DNA of 31,175 nucleotides from Chlamydiales bacterium (GTDB lineage Bacteria; Chlamydiota; Chlamydiia; Chlamydiales; JAAKFR01): NCBI GenBank assembly GCA_044869735.1, contig JBIOXR010000105.1, positions 1 to 31,175 of the forward strand, read 5' to 3'. Shown piece by piece: positions 25,920 to 31,175 of this stretch (position 1 is its first letter; each line of letters starts with the position of its first letter). The notes under the pieces were generated by a model. It saw only the letters and a program-made list of their open reading frames with translations, ran no database searches and was not told where the DNA came from. The position numbers and the translations under genes were made by a program.

Positions 25920-26631
25920 CTCGTCCTATAACAGCAATACTATCAGTAAGGGGAATATTTTTGGGACAGACTTCGACGCAATTCTGCGCATTCCCGCAAT
26001 CGCTAATTCCCCCTTTTTCCATCAACGGCCGCAACCGCTCCCTTTTTTGGAGCCTACCTGTGGGGTGGATACTAAATAAGCGGGCCTGGGAAATGACGGC
26101 AGGGCCTATAAACGGAGATTTTTCATTAATTTGAGGACAGGCTTCGGAACAGCAGCCACAAGTCATACAGGTTGCCAGAGAAGCCATGATCTCTTGCTTG
26201 GCCGGAGTGACGGGCGGGCCACCTCCTTGAGTAGACGATCCTTCTGTGTCGATCCAGGCATGGACTTTTTTTAATCCCTCAAACATGACCGAACGATCGA
26301 CAATGAGGTCTCGCACTAAAGGAAATTTAGTAAAAGGAGCCAGTGTGATAGTGCGGCATCCCTTTTTTAAATAGTTTTCTATAATGGCTGTACACGCTTG
26401 GCGGGGAAATCCATTGATGAGCATGGAACAGGAGCCGCATACCTCTTCTAAGCAGCCTGCTTCAAAGGCCACTGGGGTAACGATTTCTCCTTTCGCGTTC
26501 TTACAGAATTTCTGAATCTCTATGAGGGCTGAAATTACATTCTCTCCTTCGCGCAAAGGGAGCTCGAACTCTTCCCAGTATTGCTTCCCGGGAGACCCTC
26601 TCCAAATTTTCAGAATAAACTTCTGTTCCAT
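25867..26631 (-). CDS. sdhB: Succinate dehydrogenase iron-sulfur subunit
   Basis: CLEEVCGSC...RQAC, CMTCGCCSEACP and CGNAQNCVEVCP Fe-S motifs. Confidence 0.97.
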   Translation of the reverse strand: MEQKFILKIWRGSPGKQYWEEFELPLREGENVISALIEIQKFCKNAKGEIVTPVAFEAGCLEEVCGSCSMLINGFPRQACTAIIENYLKKGCRTITLAPFTKFPLVRDLIVDRSVMFEGLKKVHAWIDTEGSSTQGGGPPVTPAKQEIMASLATCMTCGCCSEACPQINEKSPFIGPAVISQARLFSIHPTGRLQKRERLRPLMEKGGISDCGNAQNCVEVCPKNIPLTDSIAVIGRDVTLQAFRDFLTLHEKE

Positions 26632-26646
26632 GAACCTATCCTACTA

Positions 26647-26777
26647 ATCGAAAATAACGCTTTTTGCACCTTTTTTCACCTCTTTTGACGCCGCTTCTTG
26701 GCCTACTTATTCAAGTATGTCCTGCGAAGCGGCGTCAAAATATGTGAAAAAACCCATCAAAAATCATTAGTTTCGAT
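26647..26777. mobile_element. Palindromic element copy 2 (hairpin A), putative non-autonomous MITE-like element
   Basis: Perfect 15-bp inner stem TTTTGACGCCGCTTC (26683-26697) / GAAGCGGCGTCAAAA (26726-26740), with further pairing out to ATCGAAA/TTTCGAT. Flanked by TA at 26645-46 and 26778-79. Shares its core with 7421-7584. Mobility is inferred. Confidence 0.6.
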
Positions 26778-26779
26778 TA

Positions 26780-26824
26780 TAGTTGATTCAGATTGAAAAG
26801 GAACATTTTGACCTGAATCAACTA
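26780..26824. mobile_element. 45-bp mini inverted-repeat element (hairpin B), putative MITE remnant
   Basis: 12-bp perfect IR TAGTTGATTCAG (26780-26791) / CTGAATCAACTA (26813-26824) with a 21-nt loop. Flanked on both sides by TA (26778-79, 26825-26). Confidence 0.45.
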
Positions 26825-26837
26825 TAGTAGGATAGGT

Positions 26838-28718
26838 TCAAATATGTGTAGATAGATTAACTGGGATATTTTTTAAAGTAGGCTTAACTTTCTTTGCGAC
26901 GACGTAGTCGCGCGGCTCGGGATCGAGATGGCGTAGATCGACTTTCTCATAGGTAATCTCAGGTTCTTCCGAACGGTAGCTAGCAACCGTAGTCTTCAAC
27001 CAGTTCTCATCATCTCTCAAGGGAAATTCTTTTTTGTAGTGGGCTCCTCTACTTTCATTGCGATAGAGAGCCGATAAAGTGATGGCAAGAGCGATCTCGA
27101 GCATTGCTTTAAATTGATGGGCAAATTGAAATACCTGATTGGCGAACTGTCCTTTGTCTGAAAGGGAGATATGGCGATATCGCTCTCTTATCTCTTTAAT
27201 TTTGTTTACTGTCTCTTGCAAATCTTTGTTATTGCGAAGCACCGTTACATTGTGTATGAGCCAAGCGCCTAATTCTTCATGTAGCAGAAAGACATTTTCA
27301 CTTCCTTCTTGGGCAAAGAGCTCTCCCTTTCTCCTCTCTTCTTCTTGCACAGCTTCTTGGAAAATCGTTTCTGTTGGTGGCGGAAAGGAGAAAGAATCGA
27401 GATAACGGGACCCCTCTTCACCCGCGACTATGCCCCCAAAAATGCAAGCGAGCATCGCATTAGCACCCAAGCGATTTGCTCCATGATACTGGTAGTCCGA
27501 TTCACCTACATTGAAACAGCCGGGTATATTGGTCATTTGGCGAAAACGAGAGGCTCGGTCGACATCATCGGCTGCTGGCCAATCCACCCAGGCACCCCCC
27601 ATCGAATAGTGGACCCCAGGGAAAATTTTCATGGAGACTTTTCGGGGATCTTCTCCAGTAAACTTTTTGTAGATATCGAGCACCGAATCGAGCTTATGCA
27701 ATGTTTCTGGCGGGAGATGGGTAACGTCGAGATAGACGGCATTTTTTCCATCGACTCCCATTCCCATCTGGCACACGCGCATGATCTCTCGCGAACCTAC
27801 ATCTCGCGCCACCAGATTTCCATAACCGGGATAGAGCTCTTCGAGAAAATACCACCTCTCTCCTGTGATGCCGCAGGGAATGGGCTCTCCTTTTGAATTG
27901 AGAATTGTTTTGCTCGAATCTCCCCAAACCCAGACCCTACCTCCTTCTCCCCGCACCGATTCTGAGATGAGGCGCATTTTGTCAATGCCAGGAATAGAAG
28001 TTGGATGCACTTGAATGAACTCGCCGTTGGCATAGCGCATCCCTTGCATAAAAAGCCTTCCATTTGCTGCTCCCGTGCAGAAAGTAGAGTTGGTCGATTT
28101 TTTGAAAATTAACCCTGGACCTCCAGTAGCAAAGATAATCACGTCGGCTTTGAGGATCTCGAGCTTAAGATTAAAGAGATTGAGAAGAACAATTCCCCTT
28201 GCTCTTCCTTGGGAATCAAGAGCAAGGCGCAAAAATTCATGGTTTTCAAATTTTTCAACCCGTCCTTTCGCTTCAAACCTACGCACTTGCTCATCGAGAG
28301 TATAGAGCAGTTGCTGTCCCGTCGAAGCTCCGCAAAACACCGTGCGATGATAAAGCGTACCCCCAAAGCGGCGGACATCGATATTCCCCCTCGGGGTACG
28401 ATTGAAGGGGCAGCCACACCGATCGAACATATCGATAATGGAGGGGGCCGCAAAACACATCTCCACTACAGGAGGTTGATTTGCGAGGAAATCGCCTCCT
28501 TTGATCGTGTCGTAGGCATGGATAACAGGGGAATCGTCTTCCCCATAAACATTTACAGCAGCGTTTATTCCCCCCTGAGCGCATACGGAATGGGATCTTT
28601 TAACTCGCGTGAGAGAAATGAGTTTTACCCGCACATTTTTTTCTGCCAAACGCATCGTGCAGGAAAGACCCGCTAAACCTCCCCCTACAACAATCGCTTC
28701 TCTAGTTTCTCTCGCCAT
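26838..28718 (-). CDS. sdhA: Succinate dehydrogenase flavoprotein subunit
   Basis: IVVGGGLAG, RSHSVCAQGG (FAD-His), QVHPT, SESVRGEGG, HYSMGG, HGANRLG and ESRGAH motifs. ATG 28718 overlaps the sdhC end. Confidence 0.98.
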   Translation of the reverse strand: MARETREAIVVGGGLAGLSCTMRLAEKNVRVKLISLTRVKRSHSVCAQGGINAAVNVYGEDDSPVIHAYDTIKGGDFLANQPPVVEMCFAAPSIIDMFDRCGCPFNRTPRGNIDVRRFGGTLYHRTVFCGASTGQQLLYTLDEQVRRFEAKGRVEKFENHEFLRLALDSQGRARGIVLLNLFNLKLEILKADVIIFATGGPGLIFKKSTNSTFCTGAANGRLFMQGMRYANGEFIQVHPTSIPGIDKMRLISESVRGEGGRVWVWGDSSKTILNSKGEPIPCGITGERWYFLEELYPGYGNLVARDVGSREIMRVCQMGMGVDGKNAVYLDVTHLPPETLHKLDSVLDIYKKFTGEDPRKVSMKIFPGVHYSMGGAWVDWPAADDVDRASRFRQMTNIPGCFNVGESDYQYHGANRLGANAMLACIFGGIVAGEEGSRYLDSFSFPPPTETIFQEAVQEEERRKGELFAQEGSENVFLLHEELGAWLIHNVTVLRNNKDLQETVNKIKEIRERYRHISLSDKGQFANQVFQFAHQFKAMLEIALAITLSALYRNESRGAHYKKEFPLRDDENWLKTTVASYRSEEPEITYEKVDLRHLDPEPRDYVVAKKVKPTLKNIPVNLSTHI

Positions 28719-29718
28719 ATTTTGCTTTTTGCCATTCCACCGAGTAATAAGTGCCCCAGATAGCAAGTAATCCCATAAGGGTGACTAGGAGAATCAATCC
28801 CTTAGCTACCTTTCTCATAAAAGATTGGGAATTGCGGGTAAGAGTTACACCCCATGTAATTAAAAACGTCCACAAACCGTTGTAACCATGGTAGGCAGCG
28901 GCAACGACAAATAAAGAATAGAGCACAACCATGAGAGGGCTTTTAAACGTTTCCCTCACAATGAGAAGGAAGGCTACCCCTGCGCTGGGAGTGTCTGCGA
29001 TGATTTCGCCGGGTTTTAATTTTCTCTTCGTTGCATTGGCAAGCCACTCTTCATCTTCCTCTATTTCTTCTTGCAATTCGAAATACTCTTTATTCTTAGC
29101 TTCGGTTTTAGATAGTTCCGCTTGCTTGTTCTCAAGATCTCTTTTTTTCTCTCCTAATTCACTTTCTGTATAAAGAGTAGCGTGCAGTTTTTTTGCTATC
29201 CCGATGAGGGCATTGTCGCTCTGCAGCTTTACGGCATAGCTCCTCTCATTTCCTCTATAACTCAAATGAGGGGTATCGACAAAACGCATATGAATGACAT
29301 GGGCAATCACTCCAACTAGTAACACCCAAGAGGTAATTCTCTGCCAGGTATAAGCTCTATTTCTGACGTACTGCGGAAGAGCTGGATTTTTCCCATCCGT
29401 GCGCATGCTGTTGGATTTCCCGGTTTTTAAATACACTATTCCCCATCCCATGTGAATTAAAAATGGCAATCCTAAAAATACGATTTCGATCACTCGAAGG
29501 TAAGGCAGATTATGGATTTGATTGACCATCTTGATATAACCACTTCCATCGTCTTGGAAGAAAAATGCAGCACGACTGTTGATCAAGAGATGTTGAAAAA
29601 GGTAAAGAGCAAGCCAGAGACCCATCAAGGAGTGAAGGCGTCGAAAGATAAAAGGCTTGGGGATTTTAAACGACGTGTCGCTTGCAAAGGGCTTTTCGCG
29701 CGATGGAGTTGTCGACAT
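28702..29718 (-). CDS. sdhC: Succinate dehydrogenase cytochrome b558 subunit (Bacillus-type) with large extramembrane loop
   Basis: RRLHSLMG, YLFQHLLIN, QRITSWVLLVGVIAHV and AYHGYNGLWTFLITWG motifs; directly upstream of sdhA. Confidence 0.9.
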   Translation of the reverse strand: MSTTPSREKPFASDTSFKIPKPFIFRRLHSLMGLWLALYLFQHLLINSRAAFFFQDDGSGYIKMVNQIHNLPYLRVIEIVFLGLPFLIHMGWGIVYLKTGKSNSMRTDGKNPALPQYVRNRAYTWQRITSWVLLVGVIAHVIHMRFVDTPHLSYRGNERSYAVKLQSDNALIGIAKKLHATLYTESELGEKKRDLENKQAELSKTEAKNKEYFELQEEIEEDEEWLANATKRKLKPGEIIADTPSAGVAFLLIVRETFKSPLMVVLYSLFVVAAAYHGYNGLWTFLITWGVTLTRNSQSFMRKVAKGLILLVTLMGLLAIWGTYYSVEWQKAKYGERN

Positions 29719-29759
29719 GGGTCAAACTCTATCAAGAGCCTTCCGCTTTGACAACAAAA

Positions 29760-30518
29760 TTATTTAGGCATTTGAAATAAACGGCGGGCATTGGCTGTGG
29801 TGGTAGAGGCTAAGGTCTCGAGGGATAGACCTTTTGCTTCGGCGATAACAGCCGCTGTTTCTGGGAGGAAAGAGGGTTCATTTCTTTTCCCTCTTTTTGA
29901 TTGTGGGGCTAGATAGGGAGTATCGGTTTCGATAAGGAGATTTTCGACTGGGACTTGGTTTGCAACTTCACGAAGAAGAACGGCATTTTTGAATGTAACA
30001 ATGCCGCTAAAAGAGAGATAATAGCCCCTTTCCGTTGCTTTTTCGACGTCCTTAAAAGAGCCAGTGAAACAGTGAAGAACACCTTTTAATGTATATTCAT
30101 CTAAGATAGAAAAGAGATCGTCAAATGCATCGCGGCAATGGAGAATCACAGGAAGGTTCAACTTTTTGGCAAGCCCTAGGTAGCGATGGAGAAAGAGGTG
30201 CTGTTTCTCTTTTGAAGAATAAGGGGAAGCGTAATCCAGCCCAGTTTCGCCTATGGCTACTAAAGTGCCACTTTCAGCGGCCTCTACCATCCCCTCCCAC
30301 TCTTTTTCTCCCAGTTTATCGACATCGTGAGGCGTGGTGGAAGCTGCTTGGAAAATGAAAGGATGGTGGAAAGTGAGAGTCTTTCCCCTTTCCCATTCAT
30401 CCAACGTGGTACAGACATTGACGATCGCTTCCACCTTAGCCTCTTTTGCTCTTTGAATCACTCCTTCGAGATCTTCTTCTGGAAGGAGGGTAAGGTGAGC
30501 ATGAGAATCAATGTACAT
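29760..30518 (-). CDS. tatD: TatD-family nuclease/hydrolase
   Basis: DSHAHL, GETGLD, HCR, HCF and ETDTPY motifs. Confidence 0.95.
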   Translation of the reverse strand: MYIDSHAHLTLLPEEDLEGVIQRAKEAKVEAIVNVCTTLDEWERGKTLTFHHPFIFQAASTTPHDVDKLGEKEWEGMVEAAESGTLVAIGETGLDYASPYSSKEKQHLFLHRYLGLAKKLNLPVILHCRDAFDDLFSILDEYTLKGVLHCFTGSFKDVEKATERGYYLSFSGIVTFKNAVLLREVANQVPVENLLIETDTPYLAPQSKRGKRNEPSFLPETAAVIAEAKGLSLETLASTTTANARRLFQMPK

Positions 30519-31175
30519 GCGAAGAGGGCAATTGATGGATCTGATCGATTACAATGGCAGAAGTGAGGGTTTGGGGCAAGATCGCAGGTGACGCCTCAGG
30601 TTTTCCAGGATAAAGGAGATAGAGAGGCACGCCGCTGCGTCCCATCTTTTCGAGCTCTTGAGTAATTATAGCGTCTTTCTTTGTCCAGTCGGCGACCATT
30701 TTTACAACGCCGGCTTCTTTGAAAGCAGTTTCCACATCCTCTTTATGTAATACCAGTTTATTGGCTTGGCAGATCAAGCACCACTTTGCCGTGAAATCGA
30801 CAAACACAGGAGTGCCTTGAGCTTGCAATTCAGCCACTCTTTCGGGAGAATAGACTTCCCATCCCGTCTCGTGCACCCACTCAGTGGCTGCTCCCTCTTT
30901 CACTTTATGTTGATTGGCCACTTGCACAGCGAAGAATCCTCCTAAGAGGATGATCCCCAAAGCTACAGCAGTAGCAAGGAGGCGGGTGCTTTTCTTTCGG
31001 ATAGGAGTCGCAAATTTGCCAAAGAGCCATCCGCCAAATGCACAGAAGACTAGTGTCCCTAATAGGGCAAACAGGGCCGCATTGTCGCTCACAGCCGAAA
31101 AGACCCATACAAGCCACACCACGGTTCCCATCATTAAAAATCCCATGAGTTGTTTGAAGACGACCATCCAATTGC
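30508..31175 (-). CDS. dsbD: C-terminal part of protein-disulfide reductase DsbD (5' end outside window)
   Basis: Frame is open to the window edge (NWMVVFKQLMGF); thioredoxin domain FVDFTAKWCLICQ and GRSGVPLY. Confidence 0.9.
   Translation of the reverse strand, partial: NWMVVFKQLMGFLMMGTVVWLVWVFSAVSDNAALFALLGTLVFCAFGGWLFGKFATPIRKKSTRLLATAVALGIILLGGFFAVQVANQHKVKEGAATEWVHETGWEVYSPERVAELQAQGTPVFVDFTAKWCLICQANKLVLHKEDVETAFKEAGVVKMVADWTKKDAIITQELEKMGRSGVPLYLLYPGKPEASPAILPQTLTSAIVIDQIHQLPSSHVH

Larger units (their letters stand above)
26631..26840. repeat. Composite nested inverted-repeat structure filling the sdhA-sdhB spacer
   Basis: Perfect 16-bp outer IR TGAACCTATCCTACTA (26631-26646) / TAGTAGGATAGGTTCA (26825-26840). 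It encloses hairpin A (26647-26777) and hairpin B (26780-26824), with TA dinucleotides at the junctions. Confidence 0.9.

Noticed and set aside
26631-26840. Retron msr-msd-like layout (outer inverted repeat enclosing a short and a long hairpin)
   Set aside because: No reverse transcriptase gene in the window, the structure lies inside the sdh operon, and the long hairpin recurs without the other parts at 7.4 kb. A repeat/MITE explanation fits better.
199-31171. The many 60-195-aa alternative-frame and antisense ORFs in the track (e.g. 3868..4311, 16067..16606, 27309..27896, 28209..28676)
   Set aside because: They lie within well-supported housekeeping genes, show no motifs, and are expected shadow ORFs.
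1-31175. CRISPR array, integrase or transposase, prophage, toxin-antitoxin or defence operon
   Set aside because: No regularly spaced direct repeats with unique spacers and no ORF with cas, recombinase, DDE/HUH, phage or TA motifs was recognised.

Overview
This 31.2-kb window looks like chromosome from an environmental-lineage member of the phylum Chlamydiota. That call rests on a TLC/NTT nucleotide transporter, a DUF2709-like protein, an Inc-like protein, and gene neighbourhoods I recall from Chlamydia: tsaE-dnaQ, polA-coaE-rho, dnaB/mnmG/lplA and dsbD-tatD-sdhCAB. It is mostly housekeeping genes plus tRNA-Ser(GCT) and a 29-aa bS22/AURKAIP1-like ORF missing from the ORF track. Accessory genes are interspersed: a 5'-truncated YopT/C58-like Cys-His-Asp protease, a tandem pair of paralogous NlpC/P60-like Cys-His proteins, an Inc-like membrane protein, an 8-repeat secreted beta-propeller and an adaptor/TolC/permease cluster with no adjacent ATPase. 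The strongest unexplained signal is non-coding. Two copies of a long palindromic element (7421-7584 and, inverted, 26647-26777) share an identical 27-nt core and identical spacing, with covarying stems. The second copy lies in a nested, TA-delimited 210-bp structure filling the sdhA-sdhB gap, whose outer stem pairs the sdhA stop region with the sdhB ribosome-binding site. All calls come from motif reading and manual alignment; no searches were run.
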